The notes under the pieces were generated by a model. That model was not told the DNA's origin. It did no database searches and saw only the letters and a list, made by a program, of their open reading frames with translations. From positions 1-40,688 of IMG/VR virus record IMGVR_UViG_3300005739_000085: 40,688 nucleotides of DNA; one strand, 5' to 3'. Numbering within the stretch: the first letter of the stretch is position 1; every line of letters begins with the position of its first letter. Source of the DNA: a virus (Duplodnaviria > Caudoviricetes). The position numbers were made by a program, and so were the translations under genes. Of this stretch, positions 9,520-19,404 are shown piece by piece.

Positions 9520-11991
9520 TTAATCTACCCAATTTATAGAAATTAACTCTGTATAGGCAGGTTTGGTTTTTTGTATTGCGTTTTTTAATATAGATTCGAT
9601 TTGAGCTTTCATATTAGAATCTGTAATCTTTGAACCAGCAATCTTAACTTTAAAAAACGGGCTTTTAGATCCGGGTAATTTATGTTTAAAAAACCGCTCA
9701 ATACCTTCCACGTATTGTAATTTTGCAGTAGGTAAACTCCAAACAATATCGGTTCCAATAAATCGTTCTCTAAAAAACATGTCTAAAAAGTCGGGTTGAA
9801 TTGCATAATCATAGATTTTTATACTATCAATATATCCATCGAAAATTAATGCTTGGGAATTTATTTCAGTATTATAATTTACTAACTTGCCACAAGGTGT
9901 TCCTATATATAAATCGTTTTGTCGAATGTAGGCTAAAGAATAGTTACCTGGTACAATACGCTTATCTCGAAACTTAGTATCTATATATAACGACATAACA
10001 TTTGAACTATACGTACAAGTAATCATGTGCCATGTATCATCTGTAAAATATTGTACAGGTACAGATAAAGTATATATTTTAGTAAGTGTGTTTCTAATTG
10101 GTCTGCGCGCAGATAATTTAAACTGTATTTGTGGATTATTGTTATATAAAACTTTATTAAAAATTCTTTTCCATTCGTATCCTGTAAAATCTCCGCGGCA
10201 GTTAAAAGTTAAATTATTTTTGTCTTGCTGAGATGGAGGGGTTTGTTTGGTGTTTAACTTAAAGGGTAGAGTGGTAGAACGCTCTGTAGCTCCGTTTAGT
10301 GTTATTTGATATAAAACTTTTTCTGCATTATGATAAATTAATGCATACCATTGTTTTTTGTTTTTTTCCCGAAGATATGTATAGATAAAGTTTATATTTT
10401 TAGCGTCTTTAACATCCTGATTACCGATAGTAAATGATTGTACTAATTGTAAATTTGATGTATTAATTTTAATAATATTATTAGCGCCGTATAAAACCCA
10501 TAGGTTATTTTCAGGGTCAACAGCAAGATTTGTACCGCCCCCTTGTAAGGATAAAATTTTATTATCATTATAATAAAGATCTCCGTCTTCTTTTATAACC
10601 CACTTTTGATTAAAGTTATCGTATTTTATATCAATACATTTTGGTTCTTTGACTAAAACCCCATCTGTATTAAATGCTATTTGATCACCATTGAAATATT
10701 TGTCACTTGATAAGCTAGAAGCTAAACTTACAAATGTAAGAGTATCATCAAAAATATAAGTGCCTATTGTTGTTACAACATAACAATTATTATTACCGTC
10801 TAAAGCCATTAAATGAGGGTTACCTTTTATTAAGAAAGCTTTACCGTCTCCGTAGTTTGTTATTGATAGAATATCTCCTACATGATTAAGTCTATACACT
10901 ATATTGACATTCCCTGTGTCTAAAACTAGAGTTTCATTATTGCTATTAATAGCGACTTGTATCGGGGTACTAATACCACTAATTTGAGGGCCACCTATGG
11001 TTGAAGTGGGTTGTAAGGATTTATCATTATAGTTAAACCCTTCTTGATTAAAGTAAAATAAATGCCCGTAAAAAGATTCTGGTACTACAAAATACGGATA
11101 ATATTTCAAATTGTTATAGTAAACACCAAAGCCTCCAACATCTAAATTGCCTAAAAGCTGAGTACCAGGAGATTCATTCCAGTTATCACTTTGCACCCAA
11201 AAGTTTATAGTAAACTCATCTAAGTTTGTGTAACTGCTGTTATATATAACTCGGGTGTCTAAAAAGTCAGTATTTTTAAAATTTAAAACATTTCGATCAG
11301 CTACTTCAGGCTCTTTTAAATTCACGGACCAATTTTCTTTATAATTCAATATTATAGTTTTATTATTATAAACTGATTCATCAATAGGGTTAGCAGAATT
11401 CCAAAGATCTAAACTCAATCGAAGTCTATTTTTATTGTCTCCGCTAAATGTATTTACAATTTCAGAAGCGGAACTTTCTCCATGATGAAAGTATTGATAT
11501 AAAACACCAGAGTCTAATTTTAGAGAAGAGGGTATGTCGTAATATGCATTTGTATTTTTGTAATATGTTTGTGGGGCTGCACTACCTAATAAGGCTTCTT
11601 GAATTAAAATTTGACCTGGATTATAATATCTATCCATCCACATTGGTGTATTTCCTGATACGCCATATAACCAGCTACATAACCATTGACCTGTTGGGGG
11701 TTCCGTTGGATTCCCCCATGGTGTGGTATTACCGTAATTGCCTAATTTTTCCCAAATTCTATCCGCCATATATGGTATAGGTCCTGCTACTGCCCCTTCA
11801 CCTATTAACGTATTAGTGTTTATAGTCTGGGTGGTAGTAAAAAAAGGAATATGAAAGTAGGTAGTTTTGTTTTTCTTAAAAGTAATATCAGTAGTTTGAG
11901 CCTGATAACCTAAATATACTTTATCGTGGCCTTCTTTTTGATTGGTGCCAGTATATATTTTATAGTAATTTCTTTGATTAAAGTTTTCCAT
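9520..11991 (-). CDS. Virion/baseplate protein with LamG (concanavalin A-like) domain and beta-propeller
   Basis: FTINFWV...WHMITCTY...SLYID...LYIG...FDGYIDSIKIYDYAI LamG pattern, split by propeller repeats (LAVDPENNLWV). Confidence 0.75.
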   Translation of the reverse strand: MENFNQRNYYKIYTGTNQKEGHDKVYLGYQAQTTDITFKKNKTTYFHIPFFTTTQTINTNTLIGEGAVAGPIPYMADRIWEKLGNYGNTTPWGNPTEPPTGQWLCSWLYGVSGNTPMWMDRYYNPGQILIQEALLGSAAPQTYYKNTNAYYDIPSSLKLDSGVLYQYFHHGESSASEIVNTFSGDNKNRLRLSLDLWNSANPIDESVYNNKTIILNYKENWSVNLKEPEVADRNVLNFKNTDFLDTRVIYNSSYTNLDEFTINFWVQSDNWNESPGTQLLGNLDVGGFGVYYNNLKYYPYFVVPESFYGHLFYFNQEGFNYNDKSLQPTSTIGGPQISGISTPIQVAINSNNETLVLDTGNVNIVYRLNHVGDILSITNYGDGKAFLIKGNPHLMALDGNNNCYVVTTIGTYIFDDTLTFVSLASSLSSDKYFNGDQIAFNTDGVLVKEPKCIDIKYDNFNQKWVIKEDGDLYYNDNKILSLQGGGTNLAVDPENNLWVLYGANNIIKINTSNLQLVQSFTIGNQDVKDAKNINFIYTYLREKNKKQWYALIYHNAEKVLYQITLNGATERSTTLPFKLNTKQTPPSQQDKNNLTFNCRGDFTGYEWKRIFNKVLYNNNPQIQFKLSARRPIRNTLTKIYTLSVPVQYFTDDTWHMITCTYSSNVMSLYIDTKFRDKRIVPGNYSLAYIRQNDLYIGTPCGKLVNYNTEINSQALIFDGYIDSIKIYDYAIQPDFLDMFFRERFIGTDIVWSLPTAKLQYVEGIERFFKHKLPGSKSPFFKVKIAGSKITDSNMKAQIESILKNAIQKTKPAYTELISINWVD

Positions 11992-11992
11992 A

Positions 11993-12901
11993 TTAATTAG
12001 TAGTTATAAATTCTTCTTCATAACTATTATCTATAGGTGTTGGGTTACCGGTTGGAGAAAACCCTGTTTTAAGATTGGCGATATTAATTTTTTGAGAGTT
12101 ACTATTTTGTATAGGGAAGCTTAACAAATAGTTTATAGGTACATCAAACTGTTTATTAACAGTGAGATCGGTATTATTTTTTTGACTTGCAAAATCTAAA
12201 TAATATGTAAACCAATTATTTTTTAATTCAAAGTTGTAATTTAAATCAACGTCAGTTACTCTACTTATATTAAAAACGTAATCATTAATTATTCTTGTAC
12301 CGATTATAACTCCTGTAGCTCTTAATATATTATCGGGCCCTAAAGCTAAATACCGATAGCCTTCATTAGTAGAGACTATAAAACTGATTGTGTTATTTTG
12401 ATAAACCCAACGAAATCTACGTCTATAAATTTGATCATCTGTTAGTGGTAATTCGCTACCTCTTACAGTGTGGGGATACTGTTCATCAATTTGTAAATAG
12501 AGACTGCCAACTCTTAATTCTACTTCATCGTTTTCTATTGGTGTTATAAATATATTTTGCGGGGTTAATAACTGTGTAATAACATTTCTTTCTGAATCAT
12601 ATCCGAGATAATATATACTAGAATTTCGAGATTGTAAATTAACAGTACATGGTATTTCTCCAACTGTTAATTCTTCTTGTGGTTGAAATATAGTGCTTAA
12701 ACTAATTGTATCAGTTAAAATGAAGCAGGTATTTTTATTTACTGCAATATCTCGATATTTTTTTAAGCAGTCATAGCTATAAAAACTATAACCTTCTAAA
12801 AAGCTTTCAGTATCTTTTATTAAAGATTCAGTTTTATAAAAATCATAATTAAGCTCTACCGGTTGCAGAGCTGTTAATGATTTATATGTTATAGTGGTCA
12901 T
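11993..12901 (-). CDS. Hypothetical virion protein (possible beta-trefoil)
   Basis: 302-aa ORF in the structural operon; three spaced 'YL' strand motifs; fold is a guess. Confidence 0.55.
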   Translation of the reverse strand: MTTITYKSLTALQPVELNYDFYKTESLIKDTESFLEGYSFYSYDCLKKYRDIAVNKNTCFILTDTISLSTIFQPQEELTVGEIPCTVNLQSRNSSIYYLGYDSERNVITQLLTPQNIFITPIENDEVELRVGSLYLQIDEQYPHTVRGSELPLTDDQIYRRRFRWVYQNNTISFIVSTNEGYRYLALGPDNILRATGVIIGTRIINDYVFNISRVTDVDLNYNFELKNNWFTYYLDFASQKNNTDLTVNKQFDVPINYLLSFPIQNSNSQKINIANLKTGFSPTGNPTPIDNSYEEEFITTN

Positions 12902-12922
12902 TCTTTATTATTTAATTTTGGG

Positions 12923-14251
12923 TTAGCACTGTGGAAGAGAAATGATTGGAAATAGATTAGTAGCGTTACCGTTATAGTTAATAATTGGTGAGGTAGTGTT
13001 TTTTATAGACTTGGTAGGGTAATTTGGTACTACATTAGTTATTGTATTGTCACTTCTGGTAGTAACAAAAGCAATATTATCGTCGTATTGTAAAGCATAC
13101 ATATTGTTGGTATTTAAATTTTCTACTTTTAATAGGTGTGTTTGGGAATTTAAAGAGGAAAGTGCTATAGGGCCAAGTGTAATGCTGCACCCATCTGCTG
13201 AATCTGTACATTCACTATAAACAGTAATAGCAGGATAAAAAACCGGATATGTATTTAAATTTCTTTTATATGTGTAAATTAAATCGTAATTACGAGGATC
13301 TGCAGGGTCTGCAGAAAATGCGCTTGTGTATGTGAAAAATGTTAGGTCTGGGGTTTTGTGCCTCCATACTATTTTTTCAGAAGAACCGTCTCCAAGATTC
13401 CATACAATTCTATTAATAGCGTAGCTACCAGGTATGGAGCCACGAGGTGTCAGTTGTACTGTGAAAGGAGAGACTCCAGTTATCGGCTGCGTAAAACAAT
13501 ATAGATTTGCAACTGGGGGTGTCTCTACCACTTTAACAGCCATTGTAGCTGTATAAACTTGTATATTACTAACTAAGGTATCTATAAATGTAGCGTCTTG
13601 CGGGACTTTACATATCGTGTCGTTGGGTTCAAACATCCATCTTTTTGCAAAAGCTCCTCCTGTATATGTTTGTTCCCATGTAACCGGGTTGCTACCAGAT
13701 GCAGTGACACACTGTAAATCATACCAATTCCAAAATTTGCAATATTTTGCAAAACAGGCCAGTTCATTATCCCACCATTTAGCGTATTGACCAGTACATT
13801 TAGTTTGATCCCAAGTAGCGGATAGTGTTAGCATATTATCCCAAAACCATCTAATATCGTGTTTTCCTTTACATAAATTAATATTTGCATCAGGGTTATT
13901 ATCTAAATCTTGACGTATTTTTGATTGAAGGTGATATAAGGTTACTGTATAATTCCCGGGTAATAAATATGTGTGCTCAACATCATTAGTGCATGTAATT
14001 GCAAGGAAGTTGGTTTCCATATTATAAAAATCCCCGAAATCCCAAAAAAATTGACGATTACTAAATCCACCGTCGGTTATAGAATTATTTTTAAATGTAA
14101 CTGTTATACCAGGTGCATTTCCGGTAACGCTTGTAGTAAAAGAATAAATTGGTATTGTTGAAATATTATTACCGGTTAGTGGTATACCGTGATCCCACGA
14201 ATAGTTTTCTGGAACTGTGATAGCTGATAAAATTGCAAATTCTGTTGTCAT
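12923..14251 (-). CDS. PKD-domain virion protein with Trp/Cys-rich insert
   Basis: FFWDFGD...HTYLLPGNYTVTL and WNLGDG PKD motifs; start overlaps the upstream stop (TAATG). Confidence 0.8.
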   Translation of the reverse strand: MTTEFAILSAITVPENYSWDHGIPLTGNNISTIPIYSFTTSVTGNAPGITVTFKNNSITDGGFSNRQFFWDFGDFYNMETNFLAITCTNDVEHTYLLPGNYTVTLYHLQSKIRQDLDNNPDANINLCKGKHDIRWFWDNMLTLSATWDQTKCTGQYAKWWDNELACFAKYCKFWNWYDLQCVTASGSNPVTWEQTYTGGAFAKRWMFEPNDTICKVPQDATFIDTLVSNIQVYTATMAVKVVETPPVANLYCFTQPITGVSPFTVQLTPRGSIPGSYAINRIVWNLGDGSSEKIVWRHKTPDLTFFTYTSAFSADPADPRNYDLIYTYKRNLNTYPVFYPAITVYSECTDSADGCSITLGPIALSSLNSQTHLLKVENLNTNNMYALQYDDNIAFVTTRSDNTITNVVPNYPTKSIKNTTSPIINYNGNATNLFPIISLPQC

Positions 14252-17200
14252 TAATATGTTGATACGTTAACTGTTAGAGTATAAAAAGTAGGTCCAACAT
14301 TATTACTTACGCTAAACGGTAAATTAAATGTTCCTGTTATTAAAGGGGTTATTGTAAATAGCCCTGTATCGGTTATTTTATAGTTTATAGTGAGAGGGTC
14401 ATTATATGTTAAAATAGAAGCTGGTAGTTCGTATAATGTTGGATTATTTTGAGCTGATAATTGAAATGTTCTAGTTTTACTAGCTGTAGCAGGTATGGTT
14501 AAAGAGTGAGTTATTACTGGTGGCAATTTTGCAAATGTTGTTGTTTCAGGCTTGTACACCACTATATTATCAAGGGTTAAATTAGCTAAGTTATTAATTG
14601 TTAGTTCAATAATATGATCTTTCTTGCTGGTGTTTTGACCTAAAATAGTAAAGGTAAATTTTTTAATTAGAGAATTGTATGTTAAAACAGGCGGATCAAT
14701 GCTTTGTAATTGCAGACTAGATAGTTCGTTTAATAATAGCGTATCACTATTATTTGGAAATATGTTTATAAATGTTCTTGAACCTAGGTTAAGCTTATAT
14801 AAGCTGGGGGTAAGCATAGCTCCGCTTAATCCACATACACTAATATAAACTTCTTTTTCTTGAGGCATAAACCATGTATCCCCAACTTTAGCAAATGTAT
14901 AAGAAGAAAGATTTGAATTTGTTAGTTCACGGTTTAATGATAAACTAACAGGCATTGCTAATGATAAAAAGCGAGTATCATCTGTAACACTATAAATTTC
15001 ATCAGTATTATAATCATAAACGATTTTTTCGAGCAATACTGCTCCAGACGTTTCAATATATAATGTATCAAAAAACATATCAATTTTGCGAATACCTTGT
15101 CCTGTTAGTTCATTTTTTAAAGTGGTGTTTTTGTATGTATCAAATACCCCTGACAAAGAAATATACGCTGGAGAAACAAACTGAGAATTCTTTCGTGTCC
15201 ATATCTCGCCAGCTACAAAACGACGATCGTATGGTAATATATTATCTAAAAACTTATATAAACCGTACTGATTGCCGTAAATATCAGTAACCCAATTATC
15301 TTGTTGTTTACTATTTTGTTTTAGTATTTGAGTATTGCTCCATGCTGAAACACTAGGTACCCCGGTAAAGGTCATAGGTTTATTGGCTATATCCGTCCAT
15401 TCAGAGTCATTTCTTCCGCCCCATGGGGTTTGACGACTTGTAGGTAATATTAGACCAGTTTGTTTTCTAGTGTTACTCTCATACTCAGATTGATAAGGAA
15501 TAAACTTTTGATATTTTTTAGATACACTTTTCTTAATTGTTCCAGCGGCTATACCGGTTACAAGGGGTTCTTTTAACCATAAATTATTATCGGTGATAAT
15601 AGTGTACGGGGAATCTTGGTCTATTTTTGATAAGCCGCGGCCAGAGGCATAATTTATTCCATCTTCAAAAAAACCTGTTAAAGCGTTAGTCGTTAAACTA
15701 AGGGTTGCTGTAAAATCTTTATTTAAATATGTTGAAGCTCCTAAATTATCAGGTATAAAATATCCGCCTGCATCTGTGGTGCTATATAAATTTTCAAGAG
15801 TAGGTAAGGAAGCTATTGTTGGATAATATCTATTTGTTAAATTATTCCAAGGCTGAACGGGTTGTACAGCTTGCACAGATGTTAAAGAAGAGATTATTAA
15901 TTCGTATGTTTCTGGATATGCGCTTACATTCCAAACAAATGAATTATTTGCATAATAATAGACTTCTACAGGTTCATTATCTACAATATTTGTTATAGTT
16001 AAATCTGAAGGTATGTTTGTTGCACTTGTAATAAGTTCATTTTTGATATTAAACATTATAGATTCAAGATTAGAACCAGCACTTGATTCAAAATAAAGTT
16101 TATTCCAAATTTTATTGTTTACTTCATAACGAAAATCGGTTGGTTGATTCCATATAAACGCTGCTGGATATTTTCGAGTATATTCAAAATAACTATTTGT
16201 AAAGATACTAATATTAGAAATAATAGGTTGAGTTAATATATTATACCCGTCTACTATTCTTATTGGGGTACCCCAGCTTAAAACCTTTTTATAAGCAGTA
16301 GGGGCGCTTTTATCGTTAAAGCCTACTGCCCAGTATGGTCGAGCACCTAATGTATTTGCTGCTGGACGGCCAGTGGTGTAGTTCCAGCCAAATAAAGGCT
16401 GGTTTATAACAAACCCCGGTGTTGGTGCAAGGGTTGTAGATAAAGCACTTAAAACAGTTGTTAATTGTACAGCTGTTATAGAAGGTATATTATTAATATA
16501 ATAATACCCGGTTAACAAGACGCTAGCTGCTAATACATTATCTCTTAATGCTTTTATTGCATTTTGTAATTTAACGTCGTTAACATTAGCTGATGTAATA
16601 GCAACGGCTTTAATATCATAAACCCCTGTAAGAGTTGGTACAAAAGAAAATGTAAATGTGTTATTAAAGTTGTATACTTCTCTATCATTCCCGGTTACAG
16701 GCGGGGTTGTTAAATACCATGATGAAATTGCAATTACATTTGATATTAGTGCAAGTGGGGATTGCTGTATTCTTCTCCGTCCACGGACTGTTACGTATCT
16801 TGGTATGTTTACTACACTACTAAGTTTTAAAGCGAATGTCGCTGGATAAGCTACTGTTACTCTAGGTTCAATATTAAAATCATCGCTATCTATAGATATA
16901 TAATCGTATGTTGACCAAAGAGATCCTAAATTCGTTGCTGTAAATGCCGGAGCGGTAGTTTCAAAAACTGTAGTATATGTAACAAAAGGAGATTTATTAT
17001 ATAAAAATATATCTCCTCCGTTCAATATTAAATCTGATGGGGTATCTGTTGATTCCCAACTGCCATTTTCGTCTTTAACTGCTTTTATCCAAATTGTATT
17101 ATTATTGTTGTATGGGTGTCTTACTACTAAAAACGGATAAGGGTTATTAACACTATTTAGCTTTCTACTATTAGCACGATAGTAAGTATATTTTTTTCCT

Positions 17201-19392
17201 CTTTGAAAATTAAATTTGTTCGGTGTGCCGCCATTACCGGTTTGCCAGTTTCCATCTCCCCAGCCTACTTTTCTATTAGTTTTATACCAAGCAAATGCAG
17301 AACTACTTGCAAACGTTGTACCTGTTCTATCTTTCCAGGTTCTTAAATCAAATTTTTTAGGGTACTGTGTGTTTTCAACAATAAAATCTGCAAATTGATT
17401 ATTATCGGTAAAGAAGGTACCCGGGTGACCAAAAGGTGTAAATCTTGTCTGACCGCAAGTACATAAACCAAAATCATCAGAAGTGGCCGTTAAAGTGTTA
17501 ACAAATAAGCAATCCGGTTGATGATTATAGGTTTTAAATACGTCTTGTAATTCAATATTGTCTTCACCGTCCCAAACAAAGTCGGTAAATTCTCCTGAAT
17601 ACATTAAAATGTTAAAACCGGGTTGTTGGGTTTTAAATGTTTTATGTTCGTATTGGTTATAACTACCTGATAGCCATGCACATTCTATACCTTGTTCGTA
17701 AGTGTCTTGATAGTTATTAATTTTAAAAATAATATCAGCTGTTGATAATTTATTAGAACTAGTTGCGTGCGGTAAATAAACTCCAGACAATTGTGTAGGT
17801 TGACAAATATTTTGTAAATTGTCCGGTAAAAAGTCAGGAAAGGGTGCAGTTGGATCTAATCTTGTATAGGGCCAAAGAACTGTATTAGAGAAATCAGCAG
17901 CAATTGGTATATCAGTTTTTGTCATTTTGTACAACCATGCTTCTAGAATTTCACCAGAATAAGCAGAGCTACTAAGTTTTGGGACATACTCCCACATTTT
18001 TATTGTATCGGCTAATTCATATTTTTCATTTGCATAACTACCTTGATCAATTAAGGTTGTATCGCTAAGTTTAATGGGTGTAGTTGTTGAAAGATAGGTT
18101 GTAAAGTTCCAATATTCTTGTTGTACTGCTTTTTTAATTTTAGAGTCAAGATAATTATATTCAGGTGTATAATTTATACTTGGACCAGACCAGTTTATAT
18201 CGTCTGCAGATAAGCCATAACCGGGGTACGGGTATCTAAAAATAGTTTTGGCATTACCTTCTATATATGTAGAAACGTTATTAGTTGATTCATTATATTG
18301 TTGAAATTTAAGCCATGCCCCTTCTATACCTCTAGCTGTTTTAACAAAAATTACGTCTGAATCTGTCGTATCGGTACCGGCAGTACCTGAAACTTCTAGC
18401 CCTGTACTTGTTATTGGAACAGGTATGTAGCGAGGTACTGATTCTGGGTCTTGTGGATAGGGGCCAGATGGCCAATAAAAGAAGTTATTACCTTCTTGTA
18501 GAAATATATTAAAGAAAGCGGTATCAACACTGAGACCTGGGGTACCTGCAAAGTATTTAGACTCTCCTAAATATTTGCTCAAAATTCTATCAGCAACTAA
18601 TATACTATTAGGTAATTCTTCAATTTGAGTATCTCTTAGTTCTGTTAATAGTTGTAGTAAGTCTCTATCATATGCGCCTGTTTTATACATCCATTCTGCT
18701 GCACTTAATGGGATATTTTTAGTTTGTAAAAAGTTTTTAAGTTCGTCAGATGACAAATTATAATATGTCGATGTAGGTAAATTAGGTGACTGATCAAGAT
18801 ACTCATGATCGTCATATAATTCTTCTACTTCAATAACTAAATCATCTTTTATACTACTAAGCTCAGGTATATGAGACCATATAGCAGCTGGAATAGTGGT
18901 AAATGAGTTAGGTTTTTTAGTAAAGCTTGTTAAAAGCTGCTCTTGTAATTGTTGTACTAATCCAGTATTAGTTCCTGCTAAGTTGTACTTTACTTTTGAT
19001 TTTTTAATTTCTTCTCGAAGTTTTAAATAGTATAAACCAATCTCTTTTAATTTTTTAGCAAAATACGGAATAGCTAATAATAACTCTTTTTCATTATTAA
19101 TGTCTATTTGATTATACCAAATTTCTTTTTCTTCAATAGAAAAAAACAATTGTAAATGTCTTAATAAACCTAAGTAATCTAAACGTAGCTGAGTGTTAAA
19201 ATCTGCTGCTTTTTCTTTCTTTTGTGTTAACCAGTTAGTAAGGTATTTGTTATATAGTTCGTATTCTTGATTTGATGCAACTCCAAAATATACATTTTTC
19301 CATTGTTTAAAGGACAAAGGTGTGTTTATATCAAGAGGTATGCCTGATGAATTTAGCGGAGTACCATAATTTGTAAGATTTTGCGTTGCCAC
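14251..19392 (-). CDS. Large hypothetical baseplate/virion protein
   Basis: 1713-aa ORF (GTG start), helical N-terminus, T/S/N/aromatic beta-rich body, Ig-like C-terminus; structural operon context. Confidence 0.7.
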   Translation of the reverse strand: MATQNLTNYGTPLNSSGIPLDINTPLSFKQWKNVYFGVASNQEYELYNKYLTNWLTQKKEKAADFNTQLRLDYLGLLRHLQLFFSIEEKEIWYNQIDINNEKELLLAIPYFAKKLKEIGLYYLKLREEIKKSKVKYNLAGTNTGLVQQLQEQLLTSFTKKPNSFTTIPAAIWSHIPELSSIKDDLVIEVEELYDDHEYLDQSPNLPTSTYYNLSSDELKNFLQTKNIPLSAAEWMYKTGAYDRDLLQLLTELRDTQIEELPNSILVADRILSKYLGESKYFAGTPGLSVDTAFFNIFLQEGNNFFYWPSGPYPQDPESVPRYIPVPITSTGLEVSGTAGTDTTDSDVIFVKTARGIEGAWLKFQQYNESTNNVSTYIEGNAKTIFRYPYPGYGLSADDINWSGPSINYTPEYNYLDSKIKKAVQQEYWNFTTYLSTTTPIKLSDTTLIDQGSYANEKYELADTIKMWEYVPKLSSSAYSGEILEAWLYKMTKTDIPIAADFSNTVLWPYTRLDPTAPFPDFLPDNLQNICQPTQLSGVYLPHATSSNKLSTADIIFKINNYQDTYEQGIECAWLSGSYNQYEHKTFKTQQPGFNILMYSGEFTDFVWDGEDNIELQDVFKTYNHQPDCLFVNTLTATSDDFGLCTCGQTRFTPFGHPGTFFTDNNQFADFIVENTQYPKKFDLRTWKDRTGTTFASSSAFAWYKTNRKVGWGDGNWQTGNGGTPNKFNFQRGKKYTYYRANSRKLNSVNNPYPFLVVRHPYNNNNTIWIKAVKDENGSWESTDTPSDLILNGGDIFLYNKSPFVTYTTVFETTAPAFTATNLGSLWSTYDYISIDSDDFNIEPRVTVAYPATFALKLSSVVNIPRYVTVRGRRRIQQSPLALISNVIAISSWYLTTPPVTGNDREVYNFNNTFTFSFVPTLTGVYDIKAVAITSANVNDVKLQNAIKALRDNVLAASVLLTGYYYINNIPSITAVQLTTVLSALSTTLAPTPGFVINQPLFGWNYTTGRPAANTLGARPYWAVGFNDKSAPTAYKKVLSWGTPIRIVDGYNILTQPIISNISIFTNSYFEYTRKYPAAFIWNQPTDFRYEVNNKIWNKLYFESSAGSNLESIMFNIKNELITSATNIPSDLTITNIVDNEPVEVYYYANNSFVWNVSAYPETYELIISSLTSVQAVQPVQPWNNLTNRYYPTIASLPTLENLYSTTDAGGYFIPDNLGASTYLNKDFTATLSLTTNALTGFFEDGINYASGRGLSKIDQDSPYTIITDNNLWLKEPLVTGIAAGTIKKSVSKKYQKFIPYQSEYESNTRKQTGLILPTSRQTPWGGRNDSEWTDIANKPMTFTGVPSVSAWSNTQILKQNSKQQDNWVTDIYGNQYGLYKFLDNILPYDRRFVAGEIWTRKNSQFVSPAYISLSGVFDTYKNTTLKNELTGQGIRKIDMFFDTLYIETSGAVLLEKIVYDYNTDEIYSVTDDTRFLSLAMPVSLSLNRELTNSNLSSYTFAKVGDTWFMPQEKEVYISVCGLSGAMLTPSLYKLNLGSRTFINIFPNNSDTLLLNELSSLQLQSIDPPVLTYNSLIKKFTFTILGQNTSKKDHIIELTINNLANLTLDNIVVYKPETTTFAKLPPVITHSLTIPATASKTRTFQLSAQNNPTLYELPASILTYNDPLTINYKITDTGLFTITPLITGTFNLPFSVSNNVGPTFYTLTVNVSTY

Positions 19393-19404
19393 TAGGTTAT
19401 ATTA

